The notes beneath the pieces were generated by a model. The model made no database searches and was not told where the DNA came from. It was given only the letters and a program-made list of their open reading frames with translations. Shown piece by piece: positions 1-9,994 of a stretch of 27,470 nucleotides of DNA. The first letter of the stretch is position 1. Each line of letters begins with the position of its first letter. The DNA is from a virus (taxonomy: Duplodnaviria > Heunggongvirae > Uroviricota > Caudoviricetes): IMG/VR virus record IMGVR_UViG_3300038450_000150, one strand, 5' to 3'. The translations under genes and the position numbers were made by a program.

Positions 1-269
1 GGACCAGGACCAATCTCCAAACATTTAATTGCTTTGCCAGATATACCAAAATCTTTCTTTATTTCATTTAATGCTATCTCTATATCATTTGTTTGCATAT
101 CTTGGGAGTAACTTAGTGGTTTGCCGTTCATCTCACGTTTCCAATAAAGCAGTTCATCAGAATATCCAAAATTAGAATATTTTAGTACGTTATGAACATA
201 ATAAAGAAACAGCTTTGGATGAAATATTGCACCATGTACATAATTCACAGCTTTTCTTATTTTACTCAT
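1..269 (-). CDS. Class I SAM-dependent methyltransferase (partial, runs off window start)
   Basis: Not in ORF track. ATG at 269 overlaps the TGA of the upstream gene (ATGA). Open frame MSKIRKAVNYV...KCLEIGPGP ends in a SAM motif I. Confidence 0.7.
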   Translation of the reverse strand, partial: MSKIRKAVNYVHGAIFHPKLFLYYVHNVLKYSNFGYSDELLYWKREMNGKPLSYSQDMQTNDIEIALNEIKKDFGISGKAIKCLEIGPG

Positions 270-973
270 ACGTTTGCCTTCAGCATAAAGTTCTTGTCGT
301 TTGTGTATATCTTAACAGCAATACTAGGAATATTAGGATCGATATATTTTATAAACATTTTATTTTTAATGACCATATCATGGAAAAGTGGGTTGTTATA
401 AATCAATACTATCTTCCTTGGATTTGTTGTTAGTGATTCAGATATGCGTTCAAGCACATCAAACATAACCTCTTTTGGAAACGAGTTGAATATATAAAAA
501 AAATTATAATTATTATATTTATTAAATATTCTTGCATCACAATGATAAATTTTTATATTTTTATGAGGAATTTTTGATATATTTCTTATACTTATCTCAC
601 ATAATTCTTTATCAATTTCTATTCCGTCTATCTTTTCAAATGGATATTGTAGAAATGTTATGATTGCTCCACCCTTACCACTACCTATATCAATTATAGA
701 ATCTGTTTGTTGTATTTCTATTTTTGAGATTATTTTATTAAGAATTGGACCACCAGAACTTTGATGGCATGTCATATTTTCAGCATTAGATTTTCTATAT
801 TCAAGATCTATGCCAAGAGAAAACATTCTCAATTGAAATCTTATGTTTTCTGGAGATATGTTAGTTATAATAAAATGTATTATAGGTTTAAAGTTCATAC
901 CAATCAACATATTGAGATATTTTCTGATCATGAATACTCTACGCTGATTGGTGCTGTTATAGAAGAAATTCAA
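266..973 (-). CDS. Class I SAM-dependent methyltransferase
   Basis: IIDIGSGKGG motif I, KIDGIEID acidic motif II, HCDA motif. TTG start in a TTGA overlap; true start may be the later MIRKY. Confidence 0.8.
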   Translation of the reverse strand: MNFFYNSTNQRRVFMIRKYLNMLIGMNFKPIIHFIITNISPENIRFQLRMFSLGIDLEYRKSNAENMTCHQSSGGPILNKIISKIEIQQTDSIIDIGSGKGGAIITFLQYPFEKIDGIEIDKELCEISIRNISKIPHKNIKIYHCDARIFNKYNNYNFFYIFNSFPKEVMFDVLERISESLTTNPRKIVLIYNNPLFHDMVIKNKMFIKYIDPNIPSIAVKIYTNDKNFMLKANV

Positions 974-1866
974 TAAGAAACATCCCTATATGTCTCTATA
1001 ATTTTCTTTACAAGAATGTTTTTACTAAGATTCTCCCTAAAGTACATTGCCCCATCTACATTTGGTTCAGTTCTATCTTCAAGATTTTTGAGAAGTTCAA
1101 GAGAAGTATTGTAGTCTGTAGCATATTCACAAAATGGAAATTTTTGTGACCATATAACATATCTGCCCATACTCAGGCTTTCCTGAACCATATGTGAAAG
1201 AGCATCATGTTTTGTTATTCTAAGAAGGACAGTTGACCTTTTATAGATATTTTCCATCTCATTATGATTGACGATATCTATATACTCAACATTTGGTAAT
1301 TTTTTGAATCTTGCCCCACCAAGAATTATATAATTATACGATGTGTTTTTGATTAATTCTTTAATTATTTTTCCACCATAGAAGTCTGTTGCACCGACTT
1401 TTTTCCATCCTAAATAGACAAGAACTGTGAATTTCTTTGGTAATGGAGAAATATCAGTAGTTGAGATATCACTTGGAAGGATCAAGCATTTTGATTCTAC
1501 ACCCTTAGTTTTAAGTTCGTCAACTAACCAAGGAGAGTTGGCCAAATGCAAATCAATAAGTGGGTTGATACGATTTAGTAGTCTCTGATCTGCTTCAAGT
1601 ACATCTGTTCCAATCCAGTGAAGTACTATCTTTTTTCCCATCTTCTTCAGTATTGTAAATATCACAAGCCAAAGAAATCCCTCTATGCCACTCAGTTTTG
1701 CAGAAATATGATGAAAAACATCCGATCTTATTACTTTCACAAAGTTTCCGAATATAGATAAGATGCTACGATTCACAACAAGCACTTGAATATCTGGATA
1801 GTCTTTTAGGAGGGACGAAAGAAACTTGACATCTATACTATTTCCAGAGAGTAGCACTTTTGTCAT
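970..1866 (-). CDS. GT-B fold (GT4-like) glycosyltransferase
   Basis: HWIGTDV, HLANSPWL and RITKHDALSHMVQESLSMGRYVI (E-x7-E-like donor-binding region of GT4). Confidence 0.7.
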   Translation of the reverse strand: MTKVLLSGNSIDVKFLSSLLKDYPDIQVLVVNRSILSIFGNFVKVIRSDVFHHISAKLSGIEGFLWLVIFTILKKMGKKIVLHWIGTDVLEADQRLLNRINPLIDLHLANSPWLVDELKTKGVESKCLILPSDISTTDISPLPKKFTVLVYLGWKKVGATDFYGGKIIKELIKNTSYNYIILGGARFKKLPNVEYIDIVNHNEMENIYKRSTVLLRITKHDALSHMVQESLSMGRYVIWSQKFPFCEYATDYNTSLELLKNLEDRTEPNVDGAMYFRENLSKNILVKKIIETYRDVSY

Positions 1867-2495
1867 TGTTCATCATCCTTCCATGCCACTATTGTATTTA
1901 TGATTGTTTTATTATATGGTCTAAAGATATTTACAAATTTTATTAAATATGTTATCAGCCTCTGTTCTTCTCCTTCAAAATCCAGTCTGCTTACTAGTTT
2001 TGTTTTAAATCCAAGTTTTTTAAAATCTTTTTCATACCAGATCGTATTATGTGTGTGATAATCGTTCACTTTTGGTGAGAGAGCATTGCCGTTTGGACAA
2101 GTAAATATCACAAGTGGTGCTAAATCTCTAAGATATTCAATCATCTTTAATGTCTTATTTTTATCTAATGTGTGTTCAACAACTTCTGTGCAAATTATTA
2201 TTTTTACATCTTTTGTTATATTTGCTGGATATGGAACTTCAACAGCATCATATAAATAGACATCTCGATAAAATGGCATCCATTTTTTTGCAAATTCAAC
2301 ATTATCTGGATTCTTGTCTATTCCAATGATATAAGGTTCCCCTGTGAAATGGTATTGCTTTCCATAACTAAATGACATAATAGTGTGCATCACTTGACCA
2401 TAACCGAATCCAATATCAAGTATCTTCTTATTATGTAGATCCTTTGGAAGCAAATCGATAACTGGTGCTACATTATATAGCGCACCGTGTGCCAT
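1863..2495 (-). CDS. Class I SAM-dependent methyltransferase
   Basis: KILDIGFGYG, IIGID, YDA and CTEVVEH motifs typical of glycan-cluster methyltransferases. Confidence 0.85.
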   Translation of the reverse strand: MAHGALYNVAPVIDLLPKDLHNKKILDIGFGYGQVMHTIMSFSYGKQYHFTGEPYIIGIDKNPDNVEFAKKWMPFYRDVYLYDAVEVPYPANITKDVKIIICTEVVEHTLDKNKTLKMIEYLRDLAPLVIFTCPNGNALSPKVNDYHTHNTIWYEKDFKKLGFKTKLVSRLDFEGEEQRLITYLIKFVNIFRPYNKTIINTIVAWKDDEQ

Positions 2496-3028
2496 TATAT
2501 CAATCTCCTAATTTTTTTAGATGTGTTTTTAATAAATAAATTCACACCTTCTGGCTTCTTGCTTATTACAGTGCATGGATTTCCATAAGCAACAACATTG
2601 TCTGGGATATCTTTGACAACATTGCTACCCTGACCAATTATCGTATTCTTACCTATTCTTATCCGATTCCTGATTGTTGAACCAGCATGAATTACTGTAT
2701 CATCACCTATTTCCACAAAACCACTTACAAATGTTGAGATAATTTCTGTTCTATTCCCAATTATACAATCATGTCCAATATCTGTGTATTGACCTATAAT
2801 TACCTGGTTGCCAATTTTTGTTGGTCGAGTAACGCCACTCATAATAACAGAATGAGGACCAATGTAAACATCATTTCCTATCTCAACACCAAATTTTGCT
2901 TCTTCACGTTTGAAATTCTTGAATTCTAAAGGAGTGCCACAGATAACAGAAAACTCACGAATTTCCACATTTTTACCTATGACTGCTGGTTGATTGATAA
3001 TTGCTGTTGAATGTATGAATTCAGTCAA
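2495..3028 (-). CDS. Hexapeptide-repeat (left-handed beta-helix) sugar acetyltransferase, NeuD/PglD-like
   Basis: [IV]G-x-x-x-x-I hexapeptide repeats and C-terminal GQGSNVVKDIPDNVVAYGNP. Confidence 0.85.
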   Translation of the reverse strand: MTEFIHSTAIINQPAVIGKNVEIREFSVICGTPLEFKNFKREEAKFGVEIGNDVYIGPHSVIMSGVTRPTKIGNQVIIGQYTDIGHDCIIGNRTEIISTFVSGFVEIGDDTVIHAGSTIRNRIRIGKNTIIGQGSNVVKDIPDNVVAYGNPCTVISKKPEGVNLFIKNTSKKIRRLI

Positions 3029-3534
3029 TCCTTCTTCTTCTCCTTTAGATTCTCATATAGGAAGTCAATATATACTTCGAATAAGTATCTTGCATCAATA
3101 TGCCAAATTGGAAGTTCTCCATCTTCTAATGGAACCCTGTTTCCCTTCATCCAATCTGTATCATAATGCCATGTTTTCTTTGGCTGGTTGAGTGGTGGAT
3201 ACCAAACACGCTTGCGATTGAAACCATATTTTCCAACATGAATATGTCTATGTATATCCTTACCAGAACTCTTTAGATAATCAATTAATACCTTTTTTTC
3301 TTTCGCAACATCATCTGTGATACCATAAACAGTATCAACATCAAGAAGTTCGTTAAGTTCAGTAATTGCTATTGCATAACTATCAGTTTCTTCATACATG
3401 TCTCTAAAGAAAAATGGGTGTATATGAAAAAGATTGCAACATCCAAAAAAGAAGAGTTTAATTCCTCTCTTAATGCACCAAAAAGCATCAACATCTGGTG
3501 TATCCCAATCAAATAAAACTTTTAACTTACCCAT
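3025..3534 (-). CDS. Hypothetical protein, possibly polysaccharide-deacetylase-like
   Basis: Coupled ORF. N-terminal FDWD plus later H-x-H (HRHIH) and WH motifs recall NodB-type metal ligands; fold unverified. Confidence 0.5.
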   Translation of the reverse strand: MGKLKVLFDWDTPDVDAFWCIKRGIKLFFFGCCNLFHIHPFFFRDMYEETDSYAIAITELNELLDVDTVYGITDDVAKEKKVLIDYLKSSGKDIHRHIHVGKYGFNRKRVWYPPLNQPKKTWHYDTDWMKGNRVPLEDGELPIWHIDARYLFEVYIDFLYENLKEKKKD

Positions 3535-4511
3535 TTTTTACCATATCCTATTTTTGGTCTATCTTTGGTTTTAAAGATAACCCAAAGTTGATAATACTCA
3601 CCAATACTACCTAGTACTTGCAATATAAACAAATTGAAATTAAACGTACTGTGCGACCACGTTATACCAAAAACAAGTGCTATTATGGACAGTAACACCC
3701 CTAAACTGGGAAAAAGTGTTGGTAGTCCAAATAACAGTGAAATTATTAGAAAAACTGTTGAGAATAAAAATACTGATCTGAGTAATACACCACAAAAATG
3801 ATGGATATCTATTAAGCAATATCTCCACCCGTATTTATATATAAATTTAAAAAATGTTGGTGTTTTAAATGCCTTCCATAGATTTCTTTTTCCCTGTACT
3901 CCAAAATGATATCCCTGAAGATCATTTTCAACACCGCCAACTGCTCCAGATTTAATTAATCGAATAACCAAATCCCTATCCTGACCACGAGTAAAGAATT
4001 GATCAAAACCACCAACCTTGAGTACAACTTCCCTCTTAAATGCCACAACACCCGATGGGTTTCCAAGATGGTTATTATCATATGTTATTGTTGAATATTT
4101 ATGTCCATTATCTTCAAATTTCTTTGATATTAATTTAGAATCTGTTTCATATTGATGTGAACATAAGTAATCGAGCTGTGGGTTCTCTTTAAAATATCTA
4201 ACATTGGCTTCAACCCACCAATGTGATCTTACACTATCTGAATCAGCCCACAGAATAATATCTCCTGTTGCTTTGGACAGCAATAGATTCATTGCATACC
4301 CAGTTCCCAAGCCATTCATATCATAATATACGCTGACTGGTGTCTTGCTTTCTTTCTGAAAGTTAAGAACAATTTCTTCTGTTTTATCATTACTTTTGCC
4401 AACACAAATAAGTATTTCATTTGGTTGCAGAGATTGATCTGAAATGAACTTGAGCGCATATGGTAGACTCCATTCCGCATTCCTAGTTGGAAGGAGCACA
4501 GAGACAGTCAT
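3522..4511 (-). CDS. GT2 glycosyltransferase with C-terminal transmembrane helices
   Basis: SVLLPTRN, DIILWADSD (DxD), GGFD..FTRGQDRDL and a hydrophobic C-terminus. Start placed at the ATG (MTVS) forming an ATGA overlap; the ORF track starts at 4520. Confidence 0.85.
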   Translation of the reverse strand: MTVSVLLPTRNAEWSLPYALKFISDQSLQPNEILICVGKSNDKTEEIVLNFQKESKTPVSVYYDMNGLGTGYAMNLLLSKATGDIILWADSDSVRSHWWVEANVRYFKENPQLDYLCSHQYETDSKLISKKFEDNGHKYSTITYDNNHLGNPSGVVAFKREVVLKVGGFDQFFTRGQDRDLVIRLIKSGAVGGVENDLQGYHFGVQGKRNLWKAFKTPTFFKFIYKYGWRYCLIDIHHFCGVLLRSVFLFSTVFLIISLLFGLPTLFPSLGVLLSIIALVFGITWSHSTFNFNLFILQVLGSIGEYYQLWVIFKTKDRPKIGYGKKWVS

Positions 4512-5134
4512 ATTATCCATCTAATTACCTCAAATGCTTCTGCATAATCAGAATCACATTGAACACCACGTGCCTTGGCCAAACCATAAATGGCATCTTT
4601 ATCAAAGTATCTTTTGTTAGATTGTGATTTATATTTTTGTAAAATATCCCACTTTCTATCCATGTGACTTTTTGTTAATTTACTAAAAAGCTGTGTGTTG
4701 AACGTTATATAATTCCAGGGTAGTTCATATGAAATTATACTACTTGAAGTCTTAAATGCCCTGACAGTTTCAGATGCAATAACTTGATGATCTTGGTGGA
4801 AGTCATTAAGAGAGGGACAAATCACAAGATCTGGCTTGAACATGTCTCTTATCTTTATCAATTCATCAAGTATAGGTTGTCTGTGAACATGTAATTCCCT
4901 CACTTTGAAGGTAAATATTTTGTAAGAATCCTTTCCAAGTCCAATAGTATTCATAACGTCTTGAAATTCATTTTTGAGTGTGTCTTTAGAATATTCCTTT
5001 GGAATAGATATTTCTGCTGTTGAAAACACAACCCAAAATAGATTCGCTCCGTTCTCTAAAAGTTTAAAAACAGTACCTCCACATCCGAGCTCTATGTCAT
5101 CTGTGTGTGGACTTAGAAGTAAGATATTTTTCAA
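4508..5134 (-). CDS. PIG-L/LmbE family deacetylase
   Basis: SPHTDDIELGCGG and DFHQDH metal-binding motifs. Confidence 0.9.
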   Translation of the reverse strand: MKNILLLSPHTDDIELGCGGTVFKLLENGANLFWVVFSTAEISIPKEYSKDTLKNEFQDVMNTIGLGKDSYKIFTFKVRELHVHRQPILDELIKIRDMFKPDLVICPSLNDFHQDHQVIASETVRAFKTSSSIISYELPWNYITFNTQLFSKLTKSHMDRKWDILQKYKSQSNKRYFDKDAIYGLAKARGVQCDSDYAEAFEVIRWII

Positions 5135-5796
5135 TATAGATCAACTCCCATGTTGAATATTAAATCAATAATTGAGAGATTTGACAAAAAATCCCCATAT
5201 AGTTGTTGGTATATCGGGTGTTTTATATTTTGGTATATTATCTTGATATCATACTTTTCAAAGTGTAAGTTATCATTATATTTTCTACCAGATATACCAC
5301 AATAGTAGACATCTGCACCAACTGCTTTGCAAATTTCTGGGATTAGTGTTTCTTTCTTACCATGTACATCAAGTTCTGAGGCACGTATAAAAGTACCACC
5401 TATATTAAACAATTGAGCCAATGTTTCTGTTATAAATATATTGAGATCAGACAGATTGTGCCATTCCTTTTTGTAGATGGAATTTATAATATTTTCATAT
5501 TGTCTGTAATACTTACTGTGAACATAATTCTCGTGTATCAAATTCATATGTGCAGTGCGCCAATCAATTGTGTTTGAAATAGTAACATTTTTTATTTCTT
5601 TTTCTAATATTCCTTTTTTATTAAGTGGCACTGTAAGCCATGCCTCTCCTTTTGGTGTTTTGATTCTATTTCTATTTGTAAAACTCTCCTTGGAATAAGT
5701 AACATTATCAAGAAATACAAAGATATCAGATACATTGATTTTATCAAAATAGCCATAGTATGGGAAGAAATTTGGTTGATGTATAGATACAATCAT
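5131..5796 (-). CDS. wbqC: WbqC-like family protein
   Basis: IHQPNFFPYYGYFDKI..SDIFVFLDNV..FTNRNRI, WLTVP and NLSIIDLIFNMG signatures. Confidence 0.9.
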   Translation of the reverse strand: MIVSIHQPNFFPYYGYFDKINVSDIFVFLDNVTYSKESFTNRNRIKTPKGEAWLTVPLNKKGILEKEIKNVTISNTIDWRTAHMNLIHENYVHSKYYRQYENIINSIYKKEWHNLSDLNIFITETLAQLFNIGGTFIRASELDVHGKKETLIPEICKAVGADVYYCGISGRKYNDNLHFEKYDIKIIYQNIKHPIYQQLYGDFLSNLSIIDLIFNMGVDLY

Positions 5797-5798
5797 TT

Positions 5799-6437
5799 TT
5801 ATTCACTTTTTAATTCAAATAACATAACTGACTGCTCGTGAAGAAGAGTTGATTTTCTTGCTATAAGAACAAATCCCTTAGTTTTAAGGTAATCTATGAA
5901 ATATTGTAGTTTAAAAGAGTATTCAAGAACACCTTTTCCACCGAGATGTAACCAAGCCCAATGAAGCAAACCACCAAAGAATGAGAAGTGATCTGGCTGG
6001 GAAATCATTATCCAGTGATTTGATAAACGACATGTTTCATCCATAAATGGTGTTGGATCCTTGTAATGTTCCCAAAGACCTTCGGACACACAGAAGTTAA
6101 AGGTTTTGTCTGGGAATGTAGTTTTCATTGCGTCCATGTAAAAAACATCTTTATCTTTTTTAAATCCCAGCTTTTCACAATTTTCTAATGCAGCATCTGA
6201 ATAATCTATACCTATTGAATCATAGAAACCTCTCATTCTTAATGTAGATAATGTAATGCCACCGCCACATCCTAAATCTATTGTTTTTGCCCTGTTATCA
6301 ACTTTGCAGAGCATGTCGTTTATTATTTTCATTTTCTGTTTGTGAATCCAAACTCCAATAAAGGATGCCCTATCGCTAACATTTGATGAGAGTTTCCATT
6401 CTTCCTCCCAGGCTTGTTTTACTTTTTCATCAGACAT
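5799..6437 (-). CDS. Class I SAM-dependent methyltransferase (Methyltransf_11-like)
   Basis: IDLGCGGG, IGIDYS, MDA..FPDKTFN and EGLWEH motifs. Confidence 0.85.
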   Translation of the reverse strand: MSDEKVKQAWEEEWKLSSNVSDRASFIGVWIHKQKMKIINDMLCKVDNRAKTIDLGCGGGITLSTLRMRGFYDSIGIDYSDAALENCEKLGFKKDKDVFYMDAMKTTFPDKTFNFCVSEGLWEHYKDPTPFMDETCRLSNHWIMISQPDHFSFFGGLLHWAWLHLGGKGVLEYSFKLQYFIDYLKTKGFVLIARKSTLLHEQSVMLFELKSE

Positions 6438-7924
6438 TAAGAATCAACCCTTTGATAGACCTTGACACCATACCTATTATATATCAATCTCCAACTTGAA
6501 GATTCTTCCCATTTGAATGGAAAATGAACCTGATATGCCCTACTACCAGTATAAATATTAAAGAAAGCTAAATTAGTCATTCTATCACTAACAAAGATGT
6601 AATCATAACGACTTGGTACTTTTATATTTTGAGCAGTTGTATTTGTTGCAAGTGTATGTATCATATTATAGAGTTCTTCTGATTGTGTATCAACAAGTGT
6701 TTGATTTGCTGGTTTTATATAGAGGAAAGAATCTGTGATTTCAGCAGATACTATAGAACATGTTGCTGGATAATCTGCAAACCATTTGTCATAATCTTTG
6801 ATAACACCTGTCTTGTATAAATCATTAATTGCACTATATTCATTCAATGTTGGTGCATCTGAAACTGTTAGAAAAGCATTAAGTCCAGAAAATGTAGACA
6901 AAATCATTATCACTGAAATAAACATAAAAATAATATATTTTCTATTCCCTTTCATAGAAGATATCCATTTTGATGAAAGCATTGCCAATGGAATTATAAA
7001 ATAGATAGTTAATCTCGGTGGAGCAAATAAGTATGGTGAATAGAATATCCAAGAAAATGTAAACAAACCAGTTGCAACTATCAACATAGAGATAATTATT
7101 TTGTCTATAGAGAACTTAGTTGATATTATTTCCAGTAAAGAAAATAAGATCAAAAAGATAGAACCCATAAATACAGATATTCCAAAAGCAATATCAGTAG
7201 CAGAATATAACATAATATTACTAATTTTGAATCTAGAAATGAGATATATTGGGTTTATTTTATCTTGTTGTTTTATATGTGTATCAAATGGAGATAAGAT
7301 AAATAAGTAGAAAGCCAAGCATAATCCTATTGCTATTAATTTCTTCTTTTTACTTGTGTTTAGGAACATATCTACTGCTACTACACCTATTGTAAATGCA
7401 CCTGGAAGCAAATGTGAAAATAATGATAATATTAGAAAAGCAAATGATGGAATATAGTTTTTTCTAACATAGAAGGCTAAAGAGAAAACACAAAGAAATA
7501 TCGCCAAAGGTTCAGTTGATGAATATGTTGCACTTCTGTAGAATACAGACTCTGAGAAAGTCCAAAACATGCAAACAAATACAGACTGTGTTTTAGTCAG
7601 GTATTTTATTGAAAAATAATATATTGGCACAACAGTCAATGCAGATATCAATGGATTAAAGGACATTGCAATCGTCCTTAGATCTATATGTGAAAACAAA
7701 CTTGTAAAGTAGACGATTAACTGAGTTAATATTGGTATTGTGACATTAAATGTAATTTTTTCCGTGGCCATTTCCTGAGTCTGTCTAAACACAAATGCTT
7801 CTTCTGCAACCCATCTTGGAATCAGGAAAAGATGTGGGTACATACGGAAGATAAAACCCAATATCACTAAAGCAATAAGTGAGAATGTGTATTTATGTTG
7901 CTCTAATTTAATTTTGAAAGACAA
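6437..7924 (-). CDS. Polytopic membrane protein, GT-C-like (lipid-linked-sugar-dependent glycosyltransferase candidate)
   Basis: About 11-12 hydrophobic segments, an acidic pair (AEE) in the loop after TM1, and a soluble C-terminal domain ending YDYIFVS...LIYNRYGVKVYQ. This is the ArnT/PMT/AglB-like layout. Confidence 0.6.
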   Translation of the reverse strand: MSFKIKLEQHKYTFSLIALVILGFIFRMYPHLFLIPRWVAEEAFVFRQTQEMATEKITFNVTIPILTQLIVYFTSLFSHIDLRTIAMSFNPLISALTVVPIYYFSIKYLTKTQSVFVCMFWTFSESVFYRSATYSSTEPLAIFLCVFSLAFYVRKNYIPSFAFLILSLFSHLLPGAFTIGVVAVDMFLNTSKKKKLIAIGLCLAFYLFILSPFDTHIKQQDKINPIYLISRFKISNIMLYSATDIAFGISVFMGSIFLILFSLLEIISTKFSIDKIIISMLIVATGLFTFSWIFYSPYLFAPPRLTIYFIIPLAMLSSKWISSMKGNRKYIIFMFISVIMILSTFSGLNAFLTVSDAPTLNEYSAINDLYKTGVIKDYDKWFADYPATCSIVSAEITDSFLYIKPANQTLVDTQSEELYNMIHTLATNTTAQNIKVPSRYDYIFVSDRMTNLAFFNIYTGSRAYQVHFPFKWEESSSWRLIYNRYGVKVYQRVDS

Positions 7925-8649
7925 GATATTATCTCCTTTTCGTGATTACTAGAAAGCATAGTGTTTTTTGTATATGACAGTTCGGTGATTATTTTCTTGA
8001 TTTCTTTATCATTTCTTTCCCACCATTTAGTCTTTAAAATAAGGTTAATTGTATCTATATTAAATCTATATCTTATCAGTTTTGCTGGATTTCCAGCAAC
8101 AATTGCATATGGTGGAACGCTGTGTGTAACAACAGAACCAGCACCAATAACAGCACCATCACCTATTGAAACCGAAGTTAAAATAATGGCATTCAAACCT
8201 ATCCAGACATCATTACCTATAGTAATTTTGCCATTTTTTGAATGAAGCCATTCTGTTGGTGTGTTATGATTTATAAAGCCATATTCTTTCTCTGAAGTAA
8301 ATGGGTGTGTTGTTAGTCTATCAATTGGATGATTACCATTTGAGATAATTACACCATCAGCAATCGAACAGAAACTACCAATTGATGCAAGCCTTTCAAT
8401 ATCAAGGTGCATAAATTGTATATATCCATAAGTATATTTTCCAACATCTATATTGAGATATTTTTTGAAATAAAATCTTCCAATGTGTTGATCTTTATAT
8501 TTTAAATTTATCTTAGCAAGTAATAAAGCAGATATCTGTCTAAAAAATTGTGTAGGTTGCATTCTGCTTATGATATGAATAACTCTAAGTTCACTTTCTT
8601 CTATGGTAGTGACTTTTGAGTTATTTCTATCAGACATATATAACACCAA
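7903..8649 (-). CDS. CatB/Vat-related hexapeptide O-acetyltransferase
   Basis: VGKYTYG, SIGSFCSIA, GNHPIDRLTTHPF, IGNDVWIG, VPPYAIVAGNPAKLIRYRF, KWW. Start uncertain (TTG 8649 or the later MSDR). Confidence 0.85.
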   Translation of the reverse strand: MVLYMSDRNNSKVTTIEESELRVIHIISRMQPTQFFRQISALLLAKINLKYKDQHIGRFYFKKYLNIDVGKYTYGYIQFMHLDIERLASIGSFCSIADGVIISNGNHPIDRLTTHPFTSEKEYGFINHNTPTEWLHSKNGKITIGNDVWIGLNAIILTSVSIGDGAVIGAGSVVTHSVPPYAIVAGNPAKLIRYRFNIDTINLILKTKWWERNDKEIKKIITELSYTKNTMLSSNHEKEIISCLSKLN

Positions 8650-8650
8650 A

Positions 8651-9991
8651 TCATTTTGATAGGAATCCTAGCATTCCTAGGGCATCATTCACAACATTTT
8701 TCCATTCACGTGGGTTTGTTACAACATTCATCCAGAACTTGGGATTTTTGATATAGAATTCCTTGAAACAGTACTGTTCCCATTGCTGCATCTCATTAAA
8801 GTCCATCATATGTTTTCCAGGCATATCCTTGTAGGATGCTATAACATCCATTATTGGGACATTTGGATAGGCTTGTAACTGTGCAACATTGATCCTTGTA
8901 GCATTGTTATCCTTAATCCATTTGACCATATATTTTATCTGGTCAGGTGTCATCCAAGGGAAAATCATAAAAGAAGAGGATGTCCAAAGACCAACTTTAT
9001 TGACATTTTTGATAAACTGCTCTTCTTGTTCAACTGTGATATCTTTTTTGATTTCGTCTAGGATACTTTGAATTGGAACCTCATAACCAACATGTAGAGT
9101 TCGACACCCAGCTTCTTTCATTAATTTGAGGGTTTCGTAATCTTTATCTGCCCTGCTATATGCACCCCAACACATCTCTAAACCCTCATCAATTATGGCT
9201 TGACTAATCTCTTTTGCCCAAGGTGTGATTAGAGTTGAGTCTTGGAAGAACACCTGATTCACTTCTGGAAGTTCATTTTTTATGTACCAAAGTTCTTCCA
9301 TTAATTTTGAAAGGCTTCGTGTTTGTGTCCTATCTGGGTCGAGCTGATACATTCCATTTACCCAAGAGCAGAAAGCGCATCTATGTGGACAACTTCCGTG
9401 ACCATAGAAGAGATCGGTAAATGGGTGTCTAAAACTTGTTTGATAGTAAGCAGGAATTATAAGGTGTTTCTTATAGACACTTGTGACAAATGGCATCCAA
9501 TCAAGATCTATTCTGGTGTATGGTTTTCCTTGCGGAATGTATCTACCATCACTATACGTTACTCCCTTTGCTGGTCTTTTCTCGATAAGTTCTGGTAATG
9601 TGTACTCAAACTGCCCCCAAGTCATTGATTCTACAGATGGGCATTCCCAGAGAGCATTAGGATAGTGTGCGCTCCAAGGACCAACAAGTATAACTCTGTA
9701 TTTTTGAGCCAACTGTTCTGCATATGCCAAATCTTCAAATCTTGTATCATATGCCCAGTAGTAGGCAATTACTTCTGGGTTATAGTCTTGGATTATCTGG
9801 TTTGTTTTATCTATGCTGGTTTTGAGAACAGAAGCATCATATAACATACATTCATAGCCTAACTTTTCAAGAACACCAGTTGCATATGCTAAAAAAATCG
9901 GTGGCCAAGATTGTGTGCTGATCTTGCTTTTACGGACAAGCCTTCCTGTCCGAATTATATCCCCAGGGGGATTCAAAAGAAAGATTTTCAA
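8651..9991 (-). CDS. Cobalamin-binding radical SAM enzyme (HpnJ-like architecture)
   Basis: N-terminal LLNPP...WPPIFLAY..GVL B12-binding domain, CPHRCAFC (CxxxCxxC), and FQD, LMKEAGC, GYE motifs. Confidence 0.9.
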   Translation of the reverse strand: MKIFLLNPPGDIIRTGRLVRKSKISTQSWPPIFLAYATGVLEKLGYECMLYDASVLKTSIDKTNQIIQDYNPEVIAYYWAYDTRFEDLAYAEQLAQKYRVILVGPWSAHYPNALWECPSVESMTWGQFEYTLPELIEKRPAKGVTYSDGRYIPQGKPYTRIDLDWMPFVTSVYKKHLIIPAYYQTSFRHPFTDLFYGHGSCPHRCAFCSWVNGMYQLDPDRTQTRSLSKLMEELWYIKNELPEVNQVFFQDSTLITPWAKEISQAIIDEGLEMCWGAYSRADKDYETLKLMKEAGCRTLHVGYEVPIQSILDEIKKDITVEQEEQFIKNVNKVGLWTSSSFMIFPWMTPDQIKYMVKWIKDNNATRINVAQLQAYPNVPIMDVIASYKDMPGKHMMDFNEMQQWEQYCFKEFYIKNPKFWMNVVTNPREWKNVVNDALGMLGFLSK

Positions 9992-9994
9992 CCA

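Noticed and set aside
7903-8649. Antibiotic resistance gene (catB/vat)
   Set aside because: The same family includes glycan O-acetyltransferases, and the context is a glycan cluster.
8651-9991. Hopanoid enzyme HpnJ or GDGT ring synthase assignment
   Set aside because: Only the shared B12 plus radical SAM architecture is visible; there are no hopanoid or lipid pathway neighbours.
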